A stretch of DNA of 64,000 nt from Macrostomum lignano. Lineage: Eukaryota. The stretch's first letter is position 1; the number at the start of each line of letters is the position of its first letter. The notes below the pieces were generated by a model. The model was not told the origin of the DNA. It saw only the letters and a program-made list of their open reading frames with translations, and ran no database searches. This document shows, piece after piece, positions 11,623-26,169 of the stretch. The translations under genes and the position numbers were made by a program. Where the stretch lies: contig NIVC01002421.1 of NCBI GenBank assembly GCA_002269645.1, positions 62,001 to 126,000 of the forward strand. The letters are read 5' to 3'.

Positions 11623-12463
11623 GCGCCTGCATAGGGCCTAATAGCATCAAAAGCAAACCAAAGCAAAGGTGAAAATGCATATAACTAAATAAGTGTTTAA
11701 TGATCTAGTTGGCTAGTCCTAGATAAGCTAAATTTTCAATAACAATAAATAGCCAGATTGAGATAGGCCTGCCATTGCCATAGCCATAGGGGACTTAGGC
11801 ATAGGTTAAATGTGGTGTAAAGAAAACATTGGGATAGATAATGATTTCATTTTTAGGCCTAGTACTAGTAGCAGTAGGATTGGCTCAGGCTCAGGCTTAG
11901 GTCTGTTTGTACAGTATACGCCTATAATTATTTTTTGGGTTACTAACTAGGGCCTAGTTATGATTTATAATTTAGGTTTATGTACAAGCTTGAAAAAAAT
12001 CGGTTGGATAAATTCTTTTAAAATCGATTATGTACATACATACATAAAAACTTTTCTGGTTTAGTTATATATAATTACTAATAATAGCGGCATAACATGT
12101 CACAGCTATTCGTACGGTCAGCAGTAAAACGATAACAAGTTCTTGCCGAAAAGTCGATACTTACTTAAACTTATAATTTTGTGTACTACCCTCCCTACTT
12201 TGTTGCATTTTAAATTACGAACTATCTATGCCATATAACAAACATAAAAATGCTTTTTTATTCTTCTCTCAATATTACAAGAATGCTTTATATTAGTATT
12301 GTACTAATTACTGATAGAACAGTCTATGTAGCTTAAGGTACGATATAATAACTTTTATCTACAACTATGCCTAAAAATTTAACTTGCTACTGCCGGGCAA
12401 ATTTTTTTGTTTGCAGATGAGTTGTTATTACTTTTTCTGATAAGTGCTCCACATGCAGCAACA

Positions 12464-15400
12464 ATGACGATGAACTCAGAAGTGGAGCCACATATTACTA
12501 AAAAGTATGAAATAAAGAAACGCCTAGGCAAAGGGGTAAGTTTTATTTGCTAAGCGAAATTTATAATCGTGTCTTATTGATCACAATTAGTTTTGTTAGT
12601 TTTGTTGTCATTGGATTCAGACTGCCAGAAAGTAATATCCCAACGGATTTTTATGTACCAATAGGTATTTAACTAAAATTATATTATATCTGTGTTATTT
12701 TAAGAATAAAACATTAGTTTAAGTTATCTTTTGCGTAGCTAACAAGAGTAGTAAAAATATAGCAGCATTTTGATTATTTTTAACTGACAGTATAATCACA
12801 ACATTGAATTGCTAATATTTATCTTATACTAGTAGACAGAGAACCATTATATTCTAGACTTCCAGTAAAATAATTGTAATGGGATTTTCTACTCCTTAAT
12901 AATTATGTAGCATTCATTCCTTTGTGCTATCCAATTTATTCAGTATTATATAGCACATCAAATACAACCTTAAATATTTTGGTTTCTATATATTTCTGCA
13001 CGGCATAATATTAGATAGTAAATCATATGATTGTGCTTCATATGTTGACATCGTATTGAAGGCAAATAAATTCTCTATCCCATCAGGCTTATGGAATCGT
13101 GTGGAAGGCAATCGATCGGCGCACCGGGGAGGTTGTTGCGTTAAAAAAGATTTTTGATGCATTTCGTAATCAAACCGACGCCCAGGTAAAAATAAACTAG
13201 AGTTTTATTTTTATCATTAAAATCATTAAAAAAGGATTTTCGAATCAACATAAACGGATTTCTAATCGAACCCACAGCGAACATTCCGCGAGATCGCGTT
13301 TCTACAGGAGTTCGCCGATCATCCCAACATTGTGAAGCTTCTGAATGTTATCAAAGCGGAGAATGACAAAGACATCTACCTGGTCTTCGAGTCCATGGGT
13401 GAGGCATTCAGCCTTCATTTAGGATCCAAAATCAGCTTGGTTAAGATTTAGAAAAATTATATTTATTTTGAAATGACGAAAGAGTCTAAAATCGTTATTA
13501 ATCAAGACGAATTTAGCATGTGATTTGAGGTGCAATTTCAAGAAATGAAAATTAATACTCGAAATGCATTGCAGACACGGATTTGCATAACGTTATAAAG
13601 AAGGGCAACATACTGAAGGACGTGCATAAGCAGTACATCATGTACCAGATGTTCAAGGCCACGTACTATGTGCACTCGGGCAACTGCATCCACCGCGACC
13701 AGAAGCCCAGCAACGTCCTATTGGACTCCGAGTGCTTCGTCAAGCTCTGCGACTTCGGTCTGGCGCGGTCGTTATCTCAGCTGGGCCGCGTTGACGAGGG
13801 TGGCGCGGACCCCGCCCTGACTGAGTACGTGGCCACCCGCTGGTACCGGGCGCCCGAGATTCTGCTGGCCTCGCACCGCTACACCAAAGTGCGCGCTGTT
13901 TCTCTGGAGTTTCTCTGGAGTTTATTGGCATTTTAGTTTGTTTGTCGCATATGGAAAGTTAGGGGGGGGGAATTAGATTGTCTACTCTGCTGATCTCTGA
14001 GCACACACACACACCCACATGATGTCCAGTAGGCTTAACTTTCTCATCCTCAGACATGCAAACATTTTGTGACAGATTGTTGGCCCTCATTAGCACGGCA
14101 AGTCTCAGACTCAGACCTCTGAGCCATTCAGCAACCATCCCCTCACACACAAACACGCAAGTTGTACAGCGACCCTGGCTTTCTCATTGGCGGGCAGTGC
14201 ACGCAGTATGTGCGCTCAGATGTCTATGGTCTAGAGTCAGGGCCGGCTAGCCGCAGTCAGGAAGCCTTTCGTTCCAGGAACTCAAGCCTCTAGAGTTGCG
14301 GCCATAGACAAGGCCTAGAATCATGATAGAGTTCTCCATCCTCCGCTTCCCCAGGGCGTGGACATGTGGTCGCTGGGCTGCATCCTCGGCGAGATGCTGC
14401 TGGGCAAGCCGCTGTTCCCTGGCAGCTCCACCCTGAACCAGATCGAGCGCATCATGTCGGCCATCCCGTCGCCCAGCCAGGAGGACATCCGCAGCATCGG
14501 CAGCGCCTACGGCGCCAGCATCCTGGAGAAGGCGGCAGTCCGTGGTCGCCGGTCGCTCGAATCGTTGGTGCCGAACGTCGACCCGGTTGCTATGGACCTG
14601 ATGCAGCGCCTGCTGCAGTTCAACCCGGACAAACGGCTGACGGCCGAGGAGGCCCTGCGGCATCCCTATGTGCGCCGCTTCCACAATCCAGCCGAGGAGA
14701 TCGCCCTCCGGCGCGACGTTGTGCCGCCGGTGAGCTTGCAACTCGGGGACCTCGGTTTCCAGGAATCCGGGATTCCAGGGACCCGAGACAGATCCTCAGC
14801 GTCCCAGACCCCACAGTTCCAGACCCCACAGTCCCAGACCCACAGTCCCAGATCCCACAGTCCCAGACCCACAGTCCCAGACCCCACAGTCCCAGACTCA
14901 CAGTCCCAGACCCACAGTCCCAGACCCACAGTCCCAGACCCCACAGTCCCAGACCCACAGTCCCAGACCCACAGTCCCAGACCCCACAGTCCCAGACCCA
15001 CAGTCCCAGATCCCACAGTCTCAGGTCTTACAGTCCCAGATCCCACAGTCCCAGACCCACAGTCCCAGATCCCACAGTCCCAGATCCCACAGTCTCAGAT
15101 CCCACAGTCTCAGATCCCACAGTCTCAGACCCCACAGTCCCAGATCCCACAGTCTCAGGTCCCACAGTCCCAGATCCCACAGTCCCAGATCCCACAGTCT
15201 CAGGTCTCACAGTCCCAGATCCCACAGTCCCAGATCCCACAGTCCCAGATCCCACAGTCTCAGGTCTCACAGTCCCAGATCCCACAGTCCCAGATCCCAC
15301 AGTCCCAGATCCTACAGCCCCAGATCCCACACAGCTTAAGATTTAACATTCCAAGTTCCCGTACATGTATTTCAAAGTTTTAAAGTCCTAAATTTTAAAG

Positions 15401-18394
15401 TCCCAGATGCCACATTGTTAGATCCCAAAATCCCAGATCCCAGACTCACAAGTACATTGCAAAAGGTCCCACCCATGAATCGCTTAGCCTGTCGTTCATT
15501 CCAAGAAATCACTGCACCCCACGAACCGCCGGTCCCGCCGCAGGTCGATGACAACTCGCAGCTGAGCGTGGCCGAGTACCGGAACCGCCTCTACGAGATG
15601 ATCGTCGCCAAGAAGGCCGCCAGGCGGCAGCGCCGTCGCGAGGAGCGCGAGCGCCGCCGGCAGGAGCGCCAGCACCAGGACCAGCAGCAGCACCAGCAGC
15701 AGCCGCAGACTCGAGCATCGACGTCGTCGTCCGTCGGCGAAGCCTCCTCGGCGGCGACGCCGGCGCCGGATTCGGCCGGGCGAGAGCGCGGGCAGCTGCA
15801 CCATCACCAGCAGCAGCAGCCGCAGCACCAGCCGGGCTCCCGACGCGGCAGTCTCGGCCGCAGCGGCAGCTACCGGGAGCTCCAGCAGCAGCTCTCGGCC
15901 ACCGCCCAGCTGCGGGCGAGTCGCTCCACCGGATTCTACGGCGGCGCCGGCGGCGGCACGAAGCCGTCCTCGGCTTCGTCCTCAGCATCGGGGCTGCAGC
16001 GGCAGCGCAGCTACGAGAACCTGAGCGCCAGCAGCAAGGCGGGGGCTCTGGGCAGCTCGCTGAACAGGACGACTCCGCTGCACAACGGCACCTACGGATA
16101 CTCGGTGAGCAACTTGACAGTTTTGCGTCCGGGATGTCCGCCGTACGTGGCTTCCCAGTTGAGGATTGCCGCTGCAGTTACGAGTATATAGCGGCAGGGC
16201 AGCTCGTGCAAGCCCGTTGAAACCAGTTACGTGACATGAACCGCTGGATTCATTGCAAAAAACTCTCCGGATACTCTTAGGGCGACTCTTATGACTTTTT
16301 AACAACTCAAACGACTTGATGCGATGAAGAGGCGACTGTTGAGTCATGAGCCGCTAAAGAGTCGTCCAAAAGTCGTTGCGTCAGCGCTTAACTTTTTACT
16401 TACTCAATAGCAACAGCCGCAGCAGATGGTGAGGTTTATTAATTAGAAGCCTATCTGACCCATCGCCACAAACCCGCTTCGTCAGGTTCTGCAACAACAG
16501 GACGAGGTTCGTACGCCACTGGTTCAATGCCAAACCCAATTCGTCACTCTGACCGCCATCTATTAAAGCTGATTTTCCTATCGCTGTGCTTAGCAGGTGT
16601 CGCGGCTTTTATCGCATTATTATATAAACTACTATAAGTAGTTCGATCTTATTGCGGAGTGAAATTTCCAGCGCGCATGTCTTTTGGCTTAAGATTGTAG
16701 AAACTTTTCTCTCTGGAGTAGCTCGTCAGTCAGTATTGTGAGTGCAGCTTGATCATAGCACTCGCGGCTCATAAATCACGGCATGCAATAAAAAATATTT
16801 TGCAGTCCGAACAGCAGCTGATGCAGAGCCAGCAAATTCCGCAACGCCATTCGGGCGATTCCGAGCGAATCTGGAGTCGCCATCAGCAGACAGTAAAGAT
16901 TTCATTCTGCAATAGTGCACCTCTGCAGGGGCGCTTCATTCAATAGTGCAGCATTCCTTATCTGATAGTTCTTCTACTTATAGTGCAACTTTTAGATGAT
17001 CTGTATCTAATAGTGCATCTATTAAAGAACATACATTTAACTGTGCATCCACTAATAGTGCATCTGTAAAGTGCATAATAAAATAGTGCAACTGTTAAAG
17101 TGCATACACCTAGCAGTGCCGTCACTAATAGTGCAACTATTTAAGTGCAGAAATCTAATAGTGCATCTGTCACTAGTGCTAGTTAAATTGCAGTAATAAA
17201 GTGCATCGTTAGAGCTTCTGATTAAACAAAAAACGTCTCTCAAGTCGCGTCACTAAAAATCTTGTTAAAGTGCATTCTGTCGCACACGCAACTGCGCACA
17301 TTGAATGGCTGTTTAGCGACTCTTTTTACTGTTTTCTATTTTCCTACCTGAACCGCCTACGAACTCTTATTTACAACAAATCTTTGAGGTCTTATAGAAA
17401 GTTTTTGATGAGTTAAACAACTCCAAATGGAATGAAAATTTACTCTGGCTGTTTATCCACGCGCGTCCATCCCAGCTCTGGTCTTCTGTGTGCTTCTGAT
17501 TTCCTGTTGCTATCCTTGCGATTTCCTTCTTTCAAGTTTGTTGCCTTTAATTCCTTGTCTTTCCATTTTTTAACTCGCTGAACTGCTCTGTTTGGAATTA
17601 AGCTCAGGCTAGGGTTAAGGGCTTAGGGTTGTGGGACAGAGTGAAACAGGGTTAGGGATTTAAGGCATCTATTAATTGCTTTTAATAAAGGATTTATCAT
17701 GGTTTCTATTTGTGTTAGGGTTCACTTAGGGTCAAGTTTCATTTGGGGCCAGGGTTCACTTATGGTCAAGGTTCATTTGGGGTCAAGGTTCATTTGGGGT
17801 CAAGGTTCATTTGGTTTCAGGGTTCAATTTGGGTCAAGGTTCATTTGGGGTCAGGGTTCATCTTGGGTCAGGGTTCATTTAAGGTCAGAGTTCATTTAAG
17901 ATCAGGGTTCATTTGGGGTCAGGGTTCATTTGAGGTCAGAGTTCATTTGGGACAGGATCGGGGTTAAATTTGCATCTAGTTTGGTGTAGAGATGGAAATA
18001 TACGCTCACAGTGTGGGTGAGGGAAAAAGAAAGCGAGTAGCAAAAGTCAGCAGCCAGACTGAAGCGTGACTCAAATCACGTGATTTGATTCTCAAACTAA
18101 AGGAGACAATAAGTTCTGTTAACACACAATGATCCTCGCAGAGCGCGGCAGCCCTGGCGGAGGCCCGCCGACAGCAGTCGGCGCCGGTGGCGTCCTATCA
18201 GTCCCGACCGCCCACCGGCAACGCGGGCGGAGGCGGCGGAGGCGGCGGCGGCGGCGGGGTGCACCACCTACGATCGTACACCTCCAACCAGCTGAACACC
18301 CCCATGGTGCTGCGGGATTCGCCCTACGGCCACGGGCCGGCGCTGCGAACGGGGCCGTCAACTCGGCAGGCGGCGGCTGCTGCCGGGCGCGGCT

Positions 18395-18435
<41 letters not shown>

Positions 18436-18570
18436 AAGCGGCAGTACGACAATCAGCGCAACTACGGAGCGGCGGAGCCCCGGGGCCACTACGGTTCATA
18501 CAGCCAGGCCTACGGCACGGTGACCAGCTCCCAGCTCAACCAGCTGTACAGCCGCAAATGGGTCACGTGA
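12464..18570 (+). CDS. MAPK15: Mitogen-activated protein kinase 15 (ERK7/8), 7 exons: 12464-12535, 13087-13185, 13278-13398, 13575-13888, 14355-14729, 15544-16104, 18142-18570 (656 aa)
   Basis: [48 protein letters not shown] activation loop, [22 protein letters not shown] and C-terminal YSQAYGTV, which is typical of MAPK15. All junctions are GT-AG and phase-consistent (1971 nt). Confidence 0.93.
14800..15335. repeat. Minisatellite, 14-15-bp unit CCCACAGTCCCAGA(T/C), in MAPK15 intron 5
   Basis: Visible periodicity; explains the PQSQI/PTVPD ORF extensions. Confidence 0.95.
16905..17215. repeat. Degenerate tandem repeat built on AATAGTGCA(A/T)CT
   Basis: Motif recurs about 10 times with irregular spacing in MAPK15 intron 6. 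Confidence 0.6.
17690..17960. repeat. Minisatellite, 18-bp unit TTTGGGGTCAAGGTTCAT
   Basis: Visible periodicity in MAPK15 intron 6. Confidence 0.85.
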
Positions 18571-19059
18571 CTTCCCAAGCCAATTCTATGCTTGAGCAAC
18601 TCCCAAGGACGAATGGAAAGGTTCTGTTTTTAATTGCTTAGTTTATGATCTGGGGCGGCACTGAGTGAACAATCTCAATTATTCCAAAACCCTCGACTGC
18701 GCTTAGCGGCTAATTTCTCTCTCTCTGTGTTTGTCTTTTGTTAATTTGTTAAACATTTCAGAGACAATGATTGACTAAAAATAAGTTTTTTGAAATTTCG
18801 CCAATTTGCTGTTTTCTCCTGCTGTGATCTTTTGTTTATTTGCTTCTTCATGGAATCGGCACTTAGCTTGGTGCAACACTGAATGCACGATGAGGCGGAT
18901 TACCTGATAGTCCCGCGTCTACTGGCTGTGACTCCATTTTCATAGTCCTACTGTCTAATGACTACTAGTAGTAATGCAATGCCTCCATTGTAATATTGTA
19001 TCGAATCAAGGACTTTTAAAGGAAAAAGCGGGCCGGAATGGAAGGCAACTTGATTGAAT

Positions 19060-19100
19060 AAATTGATTGGTTGATTGATTATTGATTAATTGATTGATTA

Positions 19101-19135
<35 letters not shown>

Positions 19136-19188
19136 TATTGACTGATTGATTGATTGATTAATTGATTGATTGATTGATTGATTGATTA

Positions 19189-19251
<63 letters not shown>

Positions 19252-19312
19252 TATTGACTGATTGATTGATTGATTAATTGATTGATTGATTGATTGATTG
19301 ATTAATTGATTA

Positions 19313-19394
<82 letters not shown>

Positions 19395-19440
19395 AGATTT
19401 ACTGATTTGTTGATTGATTAATTGATTAATTTATTGATTA

Positions 19441-19537
<97 letters not shown>

Positions 19538-19538
19538 C

Positions 19539-19611
<73 letters not shown>

Positions 19612-19645
19612 AATTGATTGATAGATTGACTGATTGATTGATTTT
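19060..19645. repeat. (GATT)n microsatellite
   Basis: Direct. Confidence 0.97.
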
Positions 19646-20694
19646 CATCGCGATAATTGGAAGTCCTTGACCAAATTTCTTTTGTCTCGATTTTGCTGCG
19701 CATAGAATTTCCTCTCCTAGTAGAGAGTTGATTGAAGAGCAACCTGCTTCATCCTCAATCTGAGCACCCGCATCCGGCACCGACTCATGATTTCATAGCC
19801 TTATATTATGATAGCTTTGCTTGCTAACTATCAAATTTTTGTTTATGTCCTGCGTCTTTGTCAGTTCTATGGCTGTCGTGCGGTCTTTGTAGTCCACAGG
19901 CTCCGCTCTGCCCCCCCCCCTGTTTGCACCGCCGGCCAATCCCGACATGCCGCTCTGTTTCTGTATTGTAAAATTATTTTTTAGACATTGGTTGTTTTGC
20001 TCCGGCTTGACTACTAAAAATCTCGAGAGTTCTGCTCATAGTTGTGCCGACATATAACTATATTTTCTCTAAGTTTTTTCCTCAGATATGCAGCACAAAC
20101 TGAGCTCTTTTCTTTTTTCGGGAAAAGTGCTAAAAAGCAGACGGGTTGTTTGTTGCGTTCCGATCCGATCTGAGATGTGAACTGATATTTTTCTTGCTGC
20201 CAGTCTGTAAACCGTTGTTTCGGTCAGCTAACAGGTTCATATCCTACTATTAGTAAGCACGGTATGTTCTTATTTTTCAAATTCACAAAAAAGTCTGCTT
20301 GTGTGCGCGCAGAAATGAACTAATGCTATATGTTTAACATGTGATGGTTACTGTATCACCGAACGCGTCAGGGCTGTCCCAGAGTCAGACGAGTCCGTCC
20401 CCTTCAGCCGGCTACTACAGGCGGAACTGTCATTTCTTAATCCTTTCGCTCCCCTTTTGCACTGTAATTCTACCAAATCCAAAGTCCGTCCGAAATTGAA
20501 GTTTGGGAAATAATCCCATGCTGTTTTTGTCTCGACCTTCTCTATAAAGTAATAAAAGTCACCCAGTGACGGCGCACTGGAGTGCCACTGAATACCCAGG
20601 CCTGCTTTGGTCCGACTTTGTTTCTCAAAAATCATTTCTCACCCGGGGAAAATGGATTATTTGGAGTTGAAAATTTAATAATTCGATGCAGAGT

Positions 20695-21560
20695 CAAGGC
20701 TTACTGGGGAATTGCTGAGATGTCGAGGCTTACTTGGGGAATTGCTGAGATGTCGAGGCTTACTTGGGGAATTGCTGAGATATCGAGGCTTATTGGGGAT
20801 TTGCTGAGATGTCGAGGCTTACTAAGGAAATTGCTGAGATATCGAGGCTTATTGGGGATTTGCTGAGATGTCGAGGCTTACTGGGGGAATTGCTGAGATG
20901 TCGAGGCTTATTGGGGGAATTGCTGAGATGTCGAGGCTTATTGGGGGAATTGCTGAGATGTCGAGGCTTACTTGGGGGAATTGCTGAGATGTCAAGGCTT
21001 ACTTGGGGGAATTGCTGAGATGTCAATTGTCAAGGCTTATTGGGGGAATTGCTGAGATGTCAAGGCTTATTGGAGGAATTGCTGAGATGTCAAGGCTTAC
21101 TTGGGGGAATCGCTGAGATGTCAAGGCTTACTTGGGGAATTGCTGAGATGTCAAGGCTTACTGGGGGAATTGCTGAGATGTCGAGGCTTACTTGTGGAAT
21201 TGCTGAGATGTCGAGGCTTATTGGCGATTTGCTGAGATGACATGGCTTATTGGGGGAATTGCTGAGATGTCAAGGCTTACTGGGGGAATTGCTGAGATGT
21301 CAAGGCTTACTTGTGGAATTGCTGAGATGTCTAGGCTTATTGGCGATTTGCTGAGATGACATGGCTTATTGGGGGAATTGCTGAGATGTCAAGGCTTACT
21401 GGGGGAATTGCTGAGATGTCAAGGCTTACTGGGGGAATTGCTGAGATGTCAAGGCTTACTGGGGGAATTGCTGAGATGTCAAGGCTTACTGGGGGAATTG
21501 CTGAGATGTCAAGGCCTACTGGGGGAATTGCTGAGATGTCGAGGCTTACTGGGGGAATTG
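20695..21560. repeat. Minisatellite, 29-30-bp unit GGGGGAATTGCTGAGATGTC(A/G)AGGCTTACT
   Basis: Direct periodicity. Confidence 0.95.
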
Positions 21561-22744
21561 CGCGCTGAGATTTCAAGACAAATCAGATTCACATAAATAA
21601 TATTCGTGCCTTGATTTTTGGGCGCCCCGAAGGGGGGGTCGCTATATTGTTAGTCTGAAATTAATAATGAAATTATTGAGGCGGAGACTGACGTGCCGGC
21701 TTGATGATGCGCAGTGGCTGCTGGTCTCTAAGCGAGGGGAAGTTGGCGATTGAGTGAGGAGGGGTTCAGGAACTGCACTGCTGGGATTCTTGGATGAAGC
21801 AGCCGGACATGGAGCTCCCAGCATCCGTTCGGAGACTCGAGGATTTGGAAAAGCTTTTATCAACCAGATGCGACTTGGCGAGGCCACTTCTGCTGCTTAC
21901 TCATACATGTAGGACTTGATTGGCAGCGCTAGATTCTGCGGATCTTGAAGCAAAGGGCCAAGGACTACTAGAAGTAGCATTCTAGCTGTTCAACGTTAAC
22001 TTACAGTGGTCCTTGTCAGGGTCAGAAGTTGTCGATTTGAGAGTCAGGAGTTGCCGATTTGAGAGTCAGGAGTTGCCGATTTGAGAGTCAGGAGTTGCCG
22101 ATTTGAGAGTCAGGAGTTGCCGATTTGAGAGTCAAGAGTTGCCGATTTGAGAGTCAGGAGTTGCCTATTTGAGAGTCAGGAGTTGCCGATTTGAGAGTCA
22201 AGAGTTGCCGATTTGAGAGTCAGGAGTTGCCGATTTGAGAGCCAGGAGTTGCCGATTTGAGAGTCAGGAGTTGCCGATTTGAGAGTCAAGAGTTGCCGAT
22301 TTGAGAGTCAGGAGTTGCCGATTTGAGAGTCGGGAGTTCCCGATTTAAGAGTAAGGAGTTGTCGATTTGAGAGTAAGGAGTTGTCGATTTGAGAGTCAGG
22401 AGTTGTCGATTTGAGAGTCAGGAGTTGCCGATTTGAGAGTAAGGAGTTGTCGATTTGAGAGTCAGGAGTTCCCGATTTGAGAGTTAGGAGCGTCACGTGA
22501 TACAGAATCGCCCTGCAAGGGCAGCTCACCCAGATACAAAACAGTATTCCACTCTCAGTCTCTGTACTCAGGCGTAGCAAGGACTCTAAGAAATCTAAGA
22601 ATTTTTAAGAACATACGCTCGCACTGTAAAGCTATAGCTCCGGCGCCGGTTCCCTCCTATCAGTTCAGCTGCACTTGTCTCAGTTCACGCTCTGCAGTGT
22701 TAATTGGTTCGTCTGTCTGCCCAACTTTGTTTTCTCTCCTCGGC

Positions 22745-22972
22745 TCTCGTCCTGATTGGCTGTTTATTCTTATCTCTGCCTGAGTCACAACCCTCTTCCC
22801 CCTGTTCACTTATCCCTCGTCCTGATTGGCTGTATATTCTTATCTCTGCCTGAGTCACAACCCTCTTCCCTCTGTTCACTTATCCCTCGTCCTGATTGGC
22901 TGTTTATTCTTATCTCTGCCTGAGTCACAACCCTCTCCCCTGTTTCCTTATCTCTTGTCCTGATTGGCTGGT
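22745..22972. promoter_or_regulatory. 70-bp tandem repeat (~3.3 copies), each unit carrying a CCAAT box (CTGATTGGCT) and each full unit an AP-1 site (TGAGTCA)
   Basis: Unit starts at 22746, 22816 and 22886; motifs read directly. Regulatory function is inferred. Confidence 0.45.
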
Positions 22973-23458
22973 CATTTTTATTTCTTATCTTCAATAGAAA
23001 TTAAAGTCCATATGTAGATCCGGGTATAAGTATCCAATTTTAAAGATTAGAGGATTAGATTATTCCAAATACGGAAATTTCTTGACTAGCCCAGTGCCCT
23101 ACCCCAACCCAGCTGTGTCCTCTATCCGCCGTTTTCGCCGCTTCTACTAGGGGAAACTAACGACCAACCCAACTCGAGCCTCACCTCCCGCAACACTCAT
23201 TGACTTCTCAATTTATTGCCGTGTCAAAACAGAAATACAGGGAGGAGACAGTAAATCAGGCACTGAATGTTTTAAGGGGAGGGGAAACGCGCGCTTTTCG
23301 ATCTAAAAAAGTGAATATTTTTTCCTCCTTGGATTCCTTAAAACTTTTTCTTCCTAACGATTCCATTCCGAGAGAGAAACTGCGCAATGCAAATGGGTAA
23401 AGGACAGGCAGACCTGAGGCAAGAAGAGCAGCGCCTGGCACACTTTCATTTCGGGGAG

Positions 23459-24932
<1,474 letters not shown>

Positions 24933-26169
24933 ACAAACTGCTGCTGTTTGAACAGCAGGGGGGAGGCGGAGATCTCAAGGCGGAACCCCACGCATTTTGC
25001 CAAGTGGGTGCAGAGCTGCTCCGAGTCTGCATGGAAGCCAGCAGTGCGCGGAGGCTGACCGGATGTCCCGCCTAACCCGTTGGTCCTCCGGGATGAAGAC
25101 AGATGCACTTTGTACCCGTAAGCTGGCAGCTGGGGGGATGCAGTATTCTCATGGACCGCTGAGCACTGCTTTCTAAGCCTGAGTACAGAGACTGAGAGTG
25201 GAATACTGTTTTGTAGCTGGGTGAGCTGCCCTTGCAGGGCGATTCTGTATCACGTGACGCTCCTGAGTCTCGAATCGGCAACTCCTGACTCTCAAATCGG
25301 CAACTCCTGACTCTCAAATCGGCAACTCCTGACTCTCAAATCGGCAACTCCTGACTCTCAAATCGGCAACTCCTGACTCTCAAATCGGCAACTCCTGACT
25401 CTCAAATCGGGAACTCCTGACTCTCAAATCGGCAACTCCTGACTCTCAAATCGGCAACTCCTGACTCTCAAATCGGGAACTCCTGACTCTCAAATCGGCA
25501 ACTCCTGACTCTCAAATCGGGAACTCCTGACTCTCAAATCGGCAACTCCTGACTCTCAAATCGGGAACTCCTGACTCTCAAATCGGCAACTCCTGACTCT
25601 CAAATCGGCAACTCCTGACTCTCAAATCGGCAATTCCTGACTCACAAATCGACAACTCCTGACTCTCAAATCGGCAATTCCTGACTCACAAATCGACAAC
25701 TCCTGACTCTCAAATCGACAACTCCTGACCCTCAAATCGGCAATTCCTGACTCACAAATCGACAACTCCTGACTCTCAAATCGACAACTCCTGACCCTCC
25801 AATCGATTACTCGATTCATAAGAAAAAAAAGTAATTTTTTTATTTCAGTCTAATCTGGAATAAACATTGCAGGAAACTCAGTCGCCATTATATCAGCCGC
25901 TGCAATCGAAATTTTACAAGCCATCCGCCCGCATCGCTTTAGAAAAAAGTGCCTAGTGGGGGCAGACTTTGCAATGCAATTGCATTTTTATTGCTGCAGA
26001 ATAACGCGCTGCCACAATGCCAGATCTCTGAGCTAATTGTATCTCCGCAATGTCTGAGCCCCTCTTTACGAGGTAGGAAAATATTTTCATTGATCCAGTG
26101 CCGCATCTTCTCCAAACCCCCAGTTTGCCCCAACCCCATCTCTATTATCTGGTTTTGGCTCTAGACAGA

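Noticed and set aside
13693-13716. HRDQKPSN catalytic loop as a sign of a pseudokinase
   Set aside because: It fits HRDxKPxN with the catalytic Asp and Lys intact; as I recall, Gln at this position is normal for MAPK15.
16105-16191. MAPK15 ending by read-through at 16191
   Set aside because: A strong donor (TCG|gtgagc) and a distal in-phase exon carrying the conserved YSQAYGTV motif favour the 7-exon model; a short isoform cannot be excluded.
25235-25246. CAGGGCGATTCT in the fold-back cap is identical to the 12-bp unit of the array at 1-490
   Set aside because: A single 12-mer match among ~35 arrays is plausible by chance.
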